This document shows positions 18,801-27,965 of a stretch of 48,119 nt of DNA, piece after piece (the stretch's first letter is position 1; the number at the start of each line of letters is the position of its first letter). This DNA is from Flavobacteriia bacterium. Its GTDB lineage: Bacteria; Bacteroidota; Bacteroidia; Flavobacteriales_D; Crocinitomicaceae. The position numbers and the translations under genes were made by a program. Location of the stretch: positions 1-48,119 of the forward strand of contig RFQF01000001.1 in NCBI GenBank assembly GCA_009925805.1. The letters are read 5' to 3'. A model generated the notes under the pieces. That model worked only from the letters and a program-made list of their open reading frames with translations. It did not search any database and had not been told where the DNA came from.

Positions 18801-21595
18801 AGACTTTTATTGAGTCATGTGTCGATAGAATGGTACAGAATCATTCGAATCCCGAGGATTTATTCGTGGTTATCCCCTCCAAACGAGCAAAAAAATACTT
18901 ACAGGAACAGTTCGTTAGAACCTATAATAAAACGATTTTTTTGCCTGAAATTCTGACCATTGAAGAATTGGTTCAGCAAGGGGAAACTCAACCCATTTTG
19001 GATAAAACCCGCCAAATTTTTACGTTATACGAAGTAGCTAAAACCCTTCCCACGTTTGAAAGCCTCACCTTCGAGGCGTTCCTAGCGTGGGGACCTATTG
19101 TACTGAATGATTTTGAAGAGATAAACCGTTATTTATTGGATCCTGTTCAAGTATTCAAGAATCTATTGTCCATTAAAGAACTCGAAAGCTGGAATCTAGA
19201 AACAGGGAAGGAATTATCGGAGAGTCAACAACAATTTATGGGGTTTTGGGATGTGTTGCCAACACTCTATGATCAATATGTTGAAACGTTGAATCAGCGA
19301 GGTCAAACGACCCCGGCGCAGTTAATTCGAAAAAGAGCGGCTCAACCCGAATCCTTGATGTCGGATAAAACGACTTATTTTATAGGGTTTAATGCGTTAT
19401 CTAAAGCCGAACAACGAATAATACACGCATTTCTTCAGGCAAAAAAAGGAGCATACTGGATTGATGCAGATGAATTCTATTTCCATAATTCGATCCATGA
19501 AGCAGGACTGTTTCTTCGAAAAAACAATGCGTTTTTTGGGATAAATAAACCGCAATTCCTCGGGGACCATTTAAGCAGTAAACCTTTGGATATCCAACTA
19601 ATTGCGTGTCCTCAGACGAGTGGTCAGGTGAAAGTTGCAGCCACGGAATTAGCCAAACTGGATTCCAAGGATTTGGATTCCACCTTGGTGCTTTTGGCGG
19701 ATGAGCGTTTAATTATTCCCCTTTTAAAGAATATTCCAGCTTCCGTAGAACAAGCTAACATAACCTTAGGCATGCCTTTGAATCAAACACCCCTCAAATC
19801 ATGGGTGGATTTGATTTTTTCTTTCCAAGAAAATAAGGAGCGATTCAAGTCGCAAAGTGCCTATTATAAGGATTTATTAACGTTCTTCCAACACCCTTTT
19901 ATCACCGCTTGGATTACGCTTCAATCGCGTGATAAAATTACTCGATGGGAGATGGAAACAATTCAATTTAACCGCGTTTTTCAGCGAAAAGAAAACCTCA
20001 AGTTCGATTCTACCATAGACCCGTTGATAGGCATGTTAATGGAGGACTGGAATCAGAAATACGATACTGCCATCCGTTGCATTCAAGGGATCAATCAAGG
20101 CTTATTGGATGCCTTAGGACAAAGCAACGAATTTGAATCCCAAATCTTGGTGGTTTTTCAGCAGGGAATTACGGCTTTTATGAATTTATCCAAGGAAGGA
20201 ATGCCTGCGATGAATTTACGAACGTTCAAACTGTTTTTTAATCAACATTGGTCGATGCTTTCCTTAGCTTACCACGGAAATCCAACGCAAGGACTTCAGA
20301 TTATGGGTTTGTTAGAAACACGGTTACTTGATTTTAAACAGGTCATTGTGTTAGGAATGAACGAAGGGGCGTTACCCGCCAACAACGGGGTGGACTCCAT
20401 GATTCCGATGGACTTGCGCAAAGGACTTGGATTACCAACCCCTCGTGAAAAACAAGGATTGTTTGCCCATCATTTTTACCGGTTAGTGCACCGCGCCGAA
20501 AAATGCGTGATCACTTATTCGATCGGGGCAGAAGGAATGGGAACTTCGGAGCCAAGCCGCTATCTGGCACAACTGGAAATGGAACTTTGTCGAAGGAATC
20601 CTTCTATCCAAGTTACACATCAAGTGTTTACCACTCCCCGGCCGTTAAACCAAGAATATAGGACGTCAAGCATACAAAAGCGCCCACAAATGGTCCATCT
20701 GCTCGATAATTATTTTGCTAAAAAAGTTTCTTCCAGCGCTATTTCCAAGTTTCTTCAATGTCCTTTGGATTTCTATTTTCGCTATTTGGCAGAATTAGGG
20801 GAAGAGGATTCGGTAGTGGAAGATTTAGATTTAGGAAGCATGGGAAAGATCATTCATAGTACGCTCGAAGAACTTTATTTTCCCTTTGTTGAAAGAGATA
20901 AAAACAATGTGCCCGTGACTCCTGCTCCCTCACCACTTAGGGTAATGGATTTAGAGGCGATGATGAATAAAGCCCCAGCGGTTTTGAAAGCACACTTTGT
21001 TGCATATTTAGACAATGACGAAGGACTGATTTCCTCGGGAAAAAATTACCTAACGCACACCGTCGCTTTGGAATTTGTTATGAACTCGTTGCGCAACGAC
21101 AAGGCATATGTTCAGTCCATGCAGGAGGAGGTTTACATCCATCGATTAGAGGCGATGTTAACCACGTCTATGGAAGTTCAAGTGGCAGGGAATTTACGGA
21201 CCATCCACTGGGTGGGGTTTGTGGACCGCATAGACCGTGTGGGAAATGCCTATCGTTTGGTAGACTATAAGAGCGGGAAAGTGACCCAAGACCACGTAAC
21301 TTATGCTCAGAAGGAAGACGAACGAGACGCTTTTCGAGCTTGTAAGCATGCGTTACAGTTAGCAGTTTATACCTTCCTCTTTGAAAAAAACTATGGTTTT
21401 CGGCCAACAGAGGTAGGAATTTATGCAATACAAAAAAACAAAGAGGCCTTTTTCAATTTGGCCTTTAAAGAAACGAATTTCGATGCGTTTATGGAAGATT
21501 TCTCCCAGGTTATTCAACGGATTTTAAGCGAAATGTACGACCTAGACCTTCCTTTTCAACATTCCCCCTCAGCAAAGTACTGTAATTATTGCTAA
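18797..21595 (+). CDS. AddB-like PD-(D/E)XK nuclease family protein
   Basis: About 932 aa from the ATG at 18797 (ATGA overlap with the upstream stop). C-terminal nuclease motifs GFVDRIDRV...LVDYKSGK and QLAVYTF. Cys at QCPLDFYF and a terminal CNYC. Confidence 0.75.
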   Translation: MKTFIESCVDRMVQNHSNPEDLFVVIPSKRAKKYLQEQFVRTYNKTIFLPEILTIEELVQQGETQPILDKTRQIFTLYEVAKTLPTFESLTFEAFLAWGPIVLNDFEEINRYLLDPVQVFKNLLSIKELESWNLETGKELSESQQQFMGFWDVLPTLYDQYVETLNQRGQTTPAQLIRKRAAQPESLMSDKTTYFIGFNALSKAEQRIIHAFLQAKKGAYWIDADEFYFHNSIHEAGLFLRKNNAFFGINKPQFLGDHLSSKPLDIQLIACPQTSGQVKVAATELAKLDSKDLDSTLVLLADERLIIPLLKNIPASVEQANITLGMPLNQTPLKSWVDLIFSFQENKERFKSQSAYYKDLLTFFQHPFITAWITLQSRDKITRWEMETIQFNRVFQRKENLKFDSTIDPLIGMLMEDWNQKYDTAIRCIQGINQGLLDALGQSNEFESQILVVFQQGITAFMNLSKEGMPAMNLRTFKLFFNQHWSMLSLAYHGNPTQGLQIMGLLETRLLDFKQVIVLGMNEGALPANNGVDSMIPMDLRKGLGLPTPREKQGLFAHHFYRLVHRAEKCVITYSIGAEGMGTSEPSRYLAQLEMELCRRNPSIQVTHQVFTTPRPLNQEYRTSSIQKRPQMVHLLDNYFAKKVSSSAISKFLQCPLDFYFRYLAELGEEDSVVEDLDLGSMGKIIHSTLEELYFPFVERDKNNVPVTPAPSPLRVMDLEAMMNKAPAVLKAHFVAYLDNDEGLISSGKNYLTHTVALEFVMNSLRNDKAYVQSMQEEVYIHRLEAMLTTSMEVQVAGNLRTIHWVGFVDRIDRVGNAYRLVDYKSGKVTQDHVTYAQKEDERDAFRACKHALQLAVYTFLFEKNYGFRPTEVGIYAIQKNKEAFFNLAFKETNFDAFMEDFSQVIQRILSEMYDLDLPFQHSPSAKYCNYC

Positions 21596-21598
21596 AAA

Positions 21599-21627
21599 AA
21601 ATCCGGAATGTTTGGCATTCCGGATTT
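21599..21627. terminator. Bidirectional hairpin terminator between convergent genes
   Basis: Perfect 12-bp stem AAATCCGGAATG/CATTCCGGATTT with a 5-nt loop. An A-run lies upstream and a T-run downstream. Confidence 0.8.
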
Positions 21628-21700
21628 CTCTGCAAGTTAATTAAATCTAAGAGGTAAAAACCACTCGTGGCATTGACGTTAGCTTTAAGTTAATGGTTGC

Positions 21701-22063
21701 TTAATACAATTCACTTTTTAATGCGTCACGGTAGATTTTTAATTCTTCACGATTCACTTTTTGTTCCGCGTTTTGCATTAAACTAAGAAGATAAATTAAA
21801 TTCTCCTGATCCTCAATTCCCTCCACAGGAAAACGATTCCCTTCTTCATCTTCTTCAAATTGTGCTTCAACGTCAAAAGCCTCATTATCTAAAAGATATT
21901 CATAGGTAAAACGCAATAATTTAACGACTAAAGGGTCTTTTTCAAGCTTTGCTAATTCGCGCAGCGATTTTAGTTCAGGGACTAATTCCGGCGCGTCGAT
22001 ACCGTTCTGTTCAATGGATTGTATAATCTCTGCTAATTTTTGCTTGGCCGCTAATGTTTTCAT
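21701..22063 (-). CDS. Hypothetical acidic protein (~120 aa)
   Basis: Start placed at MKTLAAK (22063), 16 nt downstream of a minus-strand TATTTTTG box (22080-22087). I recognise no motif. Confidence 0.5.
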   Translation of the reverse strand: MKTLAAKQKLAEIIQSIEQNGIDAPELVPELKSLRELAKLEKDPLVVKLLRFTYEYLLDNEAFDVEAQFEEDEEGNRFPVEGIEDQENLIYLLSLMQNAEQKVNREELKIYRDALKSELY

Positions 22064-22131
22064 AAAGTTCGAATGAGGGCAAAAATAAGATTTTTTACGG
22101 TTAGTCAAAAACCGGGCTGTCCCGAATTTCT

Positions 22132-22139
22132 TAAATTTG
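22132..22139 (+). promoter_or_regulatory. -7 box TAAATTTG upstream of the LysE-family gene
   Basis: Exact TAnnTTTG, 4 nt before the ATG at 22144. Confidence 0.5.
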
Positions 22140-22143
22140 TTCC

Positions 22144-22818
22144 ATGGACTATTTTTTTCATGCCTTTGTTTTAGGATTGTTGTTGAGCATGATGATTGGC
22201 CCTGTATTTTTCTTGTTGCTTGAAATAAGTATAACCAAAGGGTTTAAGGCGGCTATGATTTTTGATGCCGGAGTTTTATTGAGCGATATAATTTATGTTT
22301 TTCTTTCTTTATTTTTTGCCTATCAACTTCGGGGCTTAGGATCCCTGAAAGATAATTTTCTTCTCAGTGTTATTGGCGGTGGATTGTTTCTTAGTTACGG
22401 AATTTATAATCTATGGTTTAAAAAAATTACCCTATCCAATCCGCATTCCATAGCATCGGACATTGTTGAGGATCAGGAACCTCAAACGGATTTGGTAAAA
22501 AAGCAACGAAGAACGCACGCTTTACTTTTTTTAAAGGGGTTTACCCTTAATTTACTCAATCCAGGGGTAGTAATTTATTGGTTAGCGATCATTGCAAAAG
22601 GATTCGATTTAGTCGAATCTCACAGTGGAAGTGGGCATATTTATTTTTTTGTGATTATCATTTTAGCGGTGTTTTTTGGAGTTGATTGCTTAAAGGCTTA
22701 CTTGGCGAATAAATTAAAACCGCTCGTAACCGTCAATTTGCTAAGGTCACTCAATATTCTTATTGGCTGCGCTTTTATTGGAACCGGTGTTTTTTTAATT
22801 TTAAGACAATTCCTTTAG
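22144..22818 (+). CDS. LysE-family amino-acid translocator
   Basis: 224 aa, multi-pass membrane protein. LysE-like N-terminus FVLGLLLSMMIGPVFFLLLE. Confidence 0.7.
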   Translation: MDYFFHAFVLGLLLSMMIGPVFFLLLEISITKGFKAAMIFDAGVLLSDIIYVFLSLFFAYQLRGLGSLKDNFLLSVIGGGLFLSYGIYNLWFKKITLSNPHSIASDIVEDQEPQTDLVKKQRRTHALLFLKGFTLNLLNPGVVIYWLAIIAKGFDLVESHSGSGHIYFFVIIILAVFFGVDCLKAYLANKLKPLVTVNLLRSLNILIGCAFIGTGVFLILRQFL

Positions 22819-22852
22819 GTGTAACAACTTGAGGTCTTTATGTTGAATACAC

Positions 22853-24556
22853 ATGAAAATTTACCCCGTTTTACTGATCTTGTTGCTTCCTAAATGCTCG
22901 TTTTCTCAAAAAGTGCTTTCGGAAAACCTAAGCCCAAAAGTAAAAGTATATTGGGATGCTGAAAATAGAAAACTGCATTCTTCAGGGAGTTATTACATCG
23001 ATGAACGGCACCCAGAAACCACGGAAAAACATGGTAAATGGTTGTTCTATTCGCTGTCTGGAACCTTGGAAGAGGAACGAAATTACTACCGAAACAGAGT
23101 TCATGGAAAACAAACCATCTATTTTCCCAACAAGAAAATAAAACAAGTTTATTATTCCAAATTCAATGTGGCCGATTCGATATTTAAGGAATTCAATGAA
23201 GCAGGAACCCTTATAATGCAGGGGTATTATGAATTGGGATCCCCTACAGGTAAATGGCTCTATTATTACCCAGATTCATCCCTCTGGAAGGAAGAATGGG
23301 TGTCGAATGACACAACCTATTTGATCTCGTATTTCGAAAATAATAAGGATCACACGCAAACGGTAATTAAAGGGAATGGGAGCGTGATTAGCTATTTTCT
23401 GTCGGGCTCAATTAAAGAATCATACCAATTTAAAAACGGGCTTAAAAACGGTCCATTTATAGAACAGCTTGCTTCAGGTGTTACCGCCATCTCAGGTTCG
23501 TTTTTGAATGGAAAAAAACACGGAAAATGGGTGTTTAATTTTCCGGACGGTTCGTTGGAAAAATCCCAAAGTTTTGCGGAAGATTCTCTGGATGGCCCCT
23601 ATGTAGTAAATTATCCGAATGGGGGGATTCAAACTGAAGGGCGTTATACGATGGGTAATAAGCAGGGACGTTGGACTTGGAATTCGACGGAAGGTAAGTT
23701 AGAAATGACAGGCTCTTTCAAAGACAATTTACAAGATGGAGATTGGACCTATTATTTTTCATCCGGAGAATTGTCGTATAATGCACATTACAAAGAAGGA
23801 AAAAAAGCGGGATTGTGGGAGTATTTTTATAAGGATGGCCAAGCCTTTCGAAGAGGAACCTATGATAATGATAAGAAAGAAGGCCGTTGGCAAACCTGGT
23901 ATGAGGACGGAACGCTTCTTATGGACGGTAAATACCATTTGGATAAAGAAACAGGCGAATGGAAAAACTTTTGGCCGAACGGCCGGGTAAAAAACCAATC
24001 CTATTATACCTCAGGCAAATTAAATGGAGCTTGGTATTCGTTTTCTCCAGAAGGGAAACTTCAGTTGTTTGGCCGATATAAAAAGGATCTTAAAAAAGGA
24101 AAATGGACAGAATTTTATACCAACGGCATGAAAAAGGAAGAAATCACGTTCGCAATAAAAAAGCTAAAGAACGCCGCGAATGACGTGGTTGCCATGGGAT
24201 TTAAAGAAACACGGAGTGTAGAACATGGAAAATACCGCGCATATTCTCAAATTGATTATAAAGTGAAAGAAAAAGGAAGATTTGCCTCAGGGGAAAAAAC
24301 GGGTACATGGACTAATTTTTATCCGGGAGGCGTGGTTCCGGCAGTGGTTTCTAATTACAAGAAGGGAGCGCTTCACGGCCTGTTTTGTCAATATGATCGT
24401 CGCGGGAACAAAATGAATGAAATTCATTATAAAAAAGGGCTAAAAGATGGTTGGTTAATAGTTTACGGTAAAAATGAGGCGTCAATAGTTAAGAAAAAAT
24501 ATAAGAACGGGCACGAATTACAACGAATTAATGCCGAGGACATGTTCGTGCCTTAA
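22853..24556 (+). CDS. Secreted MORN-variant (YwqK-like) repeat protein
   Basis: 567 aa with a signal peptide. At least 11 repeats of the G-x-W-x-x-[YFW] unit (HGKWLFY, TGKWLYYY, HGKWVFNF, QGRWTWN, DGDWTYYF, AGLWEYFY, EGRWQTWY, TGEWKNFW...). Confidence 0.7.
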   Translation: MKIYPVLLILLLPKCSFSQKVLSENLSPKVKVYWDAENRKLHSSGSYYIDERHPETTEKHGKWLFYSLSGTLEEERNYYRNRVHGKQTIYFPNKKIKQVYYSKFNVADSIFKEFNEAGTLIMQGYYELGSPTGKWLYYYPDSSLWKEEWVSNDTTYLISYFENNKDHTQTVIKGNGSVISYFLSGSIKESYQFKNGLKNGPFIEQLASGVTAISGSFLNGKKHGKWVFNFPDGSLEKSQSFAEDSLDGPYVVNYPNGGIQTEGRYTMGNKQGRWTWNSTEGKLEMTGSFKDNLQDGDWTYYFSSGELSYNAHYKEGKKAGLWEYFYKDGQAFRRGTYDNDKKEGRWQTWYEDGTLLMDGKYHLDKETGEWKNFWPNGRVKNQSYYTSGKLNGAWYSFSPEGKLQLFGRYKKDLKKGKWTEFYTNGMKKEEITFAIKKLKNAANDVVAMGFKETRSVEHGKYRAYSQIDYKVKEKGRFASGEKTGTWTNFYPGGVVPAVVSNYKKGALHGLFCQYDRRGNKMNEIHYKKGLKDGWLIVYGKNEASIVKKKYKNGHELQRINAEDMFVP

Positions 24557-26545
24557 TCTTCGAGCAGCAACAAATCTATTTGCCTTTTTCTTGGACTCAC
24601 TTCTTCTACCTTTACACGTACTGACGCACCTAGGGTAAATGTTTTTCCTGTTTTTTTGCCGATTACTTGATGTTTATGTTTGAAAATACTTGGTGGATTC
24701 CCTTTCCGCTTCCGTGGCTTTTCGCTCGTTGGCGGAAATTTTTTTGCAAACATCCTCTAAGTTCGCCCTCAAGGCAACCTTACCTTGCGCTATTTTCTCA
24801 AAAAGTTGACGGTGAACCACGAGGTCGGCGTAGCGACGTATCGGCGAAGTAAAATGGGAGTAAAACTTAAAGGCCAATCCAAAGTGTCCTTTATTATTGG
24901 TGCTGTAAACCGCCTTAGCCATGGAGCGAACGACCATGCTTTGGATCAACGGATAAAAAGGCTCGTTTTCAATAGATTTTAATAAAGCGTTGATAGCTTG
25001 TGCTGCGCTTTGAAGGTCATCAATGTCCAGTTCAAGGCCAAATTTTTCACAAAACAAATGCAGTAATCCCAGTTTTTCGGGATCGGGGAGATCGTGCACA
25101 CGATAAATGGTCGAATGGGTTTCGCCTCGTTCTTTGTTGGCGGTGAGTTCTACAGCGACAGTTCGATTTGCCAGAAGCATGAATTCCTCAATCAATTGAT
25201 GCGCTTCTTTCGACGTTTTTAATACGGTCGCTGTAGGTTCTCCTTTTTCGGAAAGCACAAAACGCAGTTCCTCGGAGATGAGGTTTAATGCACCTTGTTT
25301 AAAGCGTTGCGCGCGCATTTGTTTTGCAAAGGAATTCACTTTATGGATGATCGGGGCATATTCATCCTCCCTGCCTTCAATGATTTCTTGCACCTCTTCA
25401 TATGCAAACCGGCGATTCGAATGGATCACGGTTTTTTCAACGCGATGTTTCAAAATTTCTCCTTGATCATTAAATTCAAAAATCACGGAAAAAGCCAATT
25501 TGTCCTCCAGAGGCCTAAGGGAACATAAAACGTTGGAAAGTTGTTCGGGGAGCATTGGCATAACACGGTCCACTAAATAAACCGAGTTAGAACGCTTCAA
25601 CGCTTCTTTGTCTAATGGAGAACCCTCTCGAATGTAGTGGCCTACATCCGCTATATGAACGCCAATTTCTAAGGTGCCCTGTTCTGTGGTTCGGTAGGAT
25701 AATGCGTCGTCGAAATCTTTCGCATCAACAGGATCGATCGTAAACGTTAATACGTCGCGCAAATCGCTTCTGCGTTGCAATTCTCCCGATGAAATTTCCG
25801 TTGAAATCATACTGGCCTCTTTCAAAACCTCATCAGGAAAGTAAGGGTCGAAACCTTGGTTAACAAGGATAGAAATCATTTCTGAGTCGTTAGAACCCGG
25901 AAAACCTAATAAGGCAACGACTGCTCCAAGAGGTTGGGATTTGTCTTCAGGCCATGATGCGATTTTAACCACGACGCGCATGCCGTTTTTGGCCCCGTTA
26001 AGTTGGTCAATGGGTATGGCGACAGGCACTCCATATTTTATGCCGTCTGGGTAAAGGATGGCCTTATCTTGTTGAACCTTAAGGGTGCCAACCATTTGCG
26101 AACGGAAACGTTCAATTACGGAAAGTATAACTCCTTCGCGTTTCCCATTTCGATCTTTAAAGACTGAAAACTGTACTCGATCGCCGTCCATGGCAGGACC
26201 CTTGTTTTCCTCTCGTATCAGCACATCATTATCCTGAGATTCTTGACGGACAAAACCAAAGCCTTTGTTGTTCAATTCGAAAACCCCCTCAAAAACTTCC
26301 CCCTTTTTTAATGAGAAACTGTGGACATTCACCCGCTCCAATTGTTGTTTTGAAACTAAACGCTGAAGTGCGTCTAATACTTGTTGACGCTCCATAGGGG
26401 TTTTGGCATTCAACAAATAGCACATCTGCTTATGCGACAACTCGGAAGTAGGGTTTTTAGAGAAAACGGCCATTACCGTATTCCCAAAACTATCTTTTGG
26501 AGGATTTGCAGTTGTTTGCTTCCTTCCTGGTTTTTTTTTTGACAT
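24553..26545 (-). pseudogene. rnr: Ribonuclease R, disrupted (most of the S1 domain is missing, plus a frame change)
   Basis: The 623-aa ORF (24674-26545) has cold-shock-like and RNB domains (HFTSPIRRYADLVVHRQL) and stops at ...ERESTKYFQT. A second frame (24553-24753) carries only the S1-domain tail ...HQVIGKKTGKTFTLGASVRVKVEEV. Confidence 0.7.
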
Positions 26546-26560
26546 TATCGGAGTCCGCCA

Positions 26561-27322
26561 TTAATGGCGAATGATGATTTTTCGGGTAAAAGGCTTATAG
26601 GAATTACTCTCAAAGCAGACAAAGTAAACACCGCTGTTGAACTCAGAGGTAGTAATTTTTTTGGAGCCTGTAAGCACGTCTTTCATGACAACCGCCCCAA
26701 AGGCATCCACGATTTTGTAGTGAAAAGACTCCGAATTCGAAGTAGATAATTGAAGGTAGTCGTCGGCAGGATTTGGAACTATACTAACGCTAACCGGATC
26801 TTTAACCACTTTGTTTTCAGCTACATAATCCACCATAACATCCACGGAGTCCAAGTATGACAACCCCGCACTATTGGTAACATAATAACGATAGTGAGCA
26901 AAACCGGAAACACCATCCGCGGGATCGAAGTCGGCCTTTAGTTTTCCGTATTCACCGGGTAAGAGGTCAAACAGCACCGCGGCTCCGCCAGGGGTTGTCC
27001 AAGGGTTGGTGGTCATTTGGGTACTTGAATAACAGGCGCCGCCAAAAGGATCGGAGGCGTGCCCCCAACACAGGCCATCCGCCCATCCCGCAGGAACCAA
27101 CAATTGCGAGCGCGTAATGCGCCATTTTTGATTGGAAGCCGTATTGTTGTGAATTTCAAAAGTAACATCAAAAGCGGCCGCAGAAGGAGCATTTGTAGCA
27201 TAGGGTGCGGCACCCGAGGATAAATCGTTGACCTGGCCTTGTACGTTAATAACAATATTGTCTTGGGCTTGATAGTAACCTAACAATAGAAACATGAATA
27301 TGGAGAAGTACGTTTTTAGCAT
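26561..27322 (-). CDS. T9SS type A sorting-domain secreted protein
   Basis: Start at MLKTYFSIFMFLLLGYYQAQ (27322), 17 nt downstream of the TATATTTG box (27340-27347). C-terminal Por-type tail VSIVPNPADDYLQL...GVYFVCFE...KIIIRH. Confidence 0.75.
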   Translation of the reverse strand: MLKTYFSIFMFLLLGYYQAQDNIVINVQGQVNDLSSGAAPYATNAPSAAAFDVTFEIHNNTASNQKWRITRSQLLVPAGWADGLCWGHASDPFGGACYSSTQMTTNPWTTPGGAAVLFDLLPGEYGKLKADFDPADGVSGFAHYRYYVTNSAGLSYLDSVDVMVDYVAENKVVKDPVSVSIVPNPADDYLQLSTSNSESFHYKIVDAFGAVVMKDVLTGSKKITTSEFNSGVYFVCFESNSYKPFTRKIIIRH

Positions 27323-27400
27323 AAAATTTCTGTAAAAGTCAAATATAGCCAAAGCAAGGCACATTAACAAGGCGAATAGCATAAAAGAAAAAAAATAATT

Positions 27401-27408
27401 TAACTTTG
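27401..27408 (+). promoter_or_regulatory. -7 box TAACTTTG upstream of the TlpA / beta-barrel / Omp28-like operon
   Basis: Exact TAnnTTTG, 41 nt upstream of the ATG at 27450, within a 127-nt divergent intergenic region. Confidence 0.45.
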
Positions 27409-27449
27409 TTGTCGGCGTTAATTTTGATGGTGGAACTAAAAACTTCGTT

Positions 27450-27965
27450 ATGAAACAATTATTGTGCATTTTCTTCCTCTTTTCTTTCACCGTGCTATTC
27501 GGTCAGCATACAGCGTCCGATTCCTTGTCGGGAAAAAAAGTTCCCTCGGTAAGCTTAAAAGACATTAATGGCAAAATATTCAATACCTCCGCATTGGGCT
27601 TTAGTGGTCCGGTGGTGATTAGTTTTTGGGCCACTTGGTGTGCTCCGTGCAAAAAAGAACTTATGGCGATTCATGATCTTTACGAAGATTGGCAAGCTGA
27701 AACCGGGGTTTCGCTGGTTGCAGTTTCCATCGACGATGAAAAAACAAAACGCGATGTAAAAACATACGCCGACGGCAAAGGATGGGATTACACGGTCCTT
27801 TTGGATCCTAACGGGGATTTTAAACGAAGCATGGGGGTAAACAACGTCCCTCATACTTTCCTATTGGATAAAGACGGAAATATCGTTTACACGCACAACA
27901 ATTACATGCCCGGGGATGAAGCAATTTTGTATGAAGAAATCAAAAAGCTTACCGCTGAAAAATAA
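27450..27965 (+). CDS. TlpA-family periplasmic thiol:disulfide oxidoreductase
   Basis: 171 aa with a signal peptide. Thioredoxin-fold active site FWATWCAPCKKE. Confidence 0.85.
   Translation: MKQLLCIFFLFSFTVLFGQHTASDSLSGKKVPSVSLKDINGKIFNTSALGFSGPVVISFWATWCAPCKKELMAIHDLYEDWQAETGVSLVAVSIDDEKTKRDVKTYADGKGWDYTVLLDPNGDFKRSMGVNNVPHTFLLDKDGNIVYTHNNYMPGDEAILYEEIKKLTAEK

Noticed and set aside
26528-26545. An A10 run in codons 2-5 of rnr (ATGTCAAAAAAAAAACCA) as a possible slippage or phase-variation tract.
   Set aside because: It simply encodes the Lys-rich N-terminus (MSKKKPGRK) common in RNase R, and the reading frame is intact here. The actual disruption of rnr lies 1.85 kb downstream.
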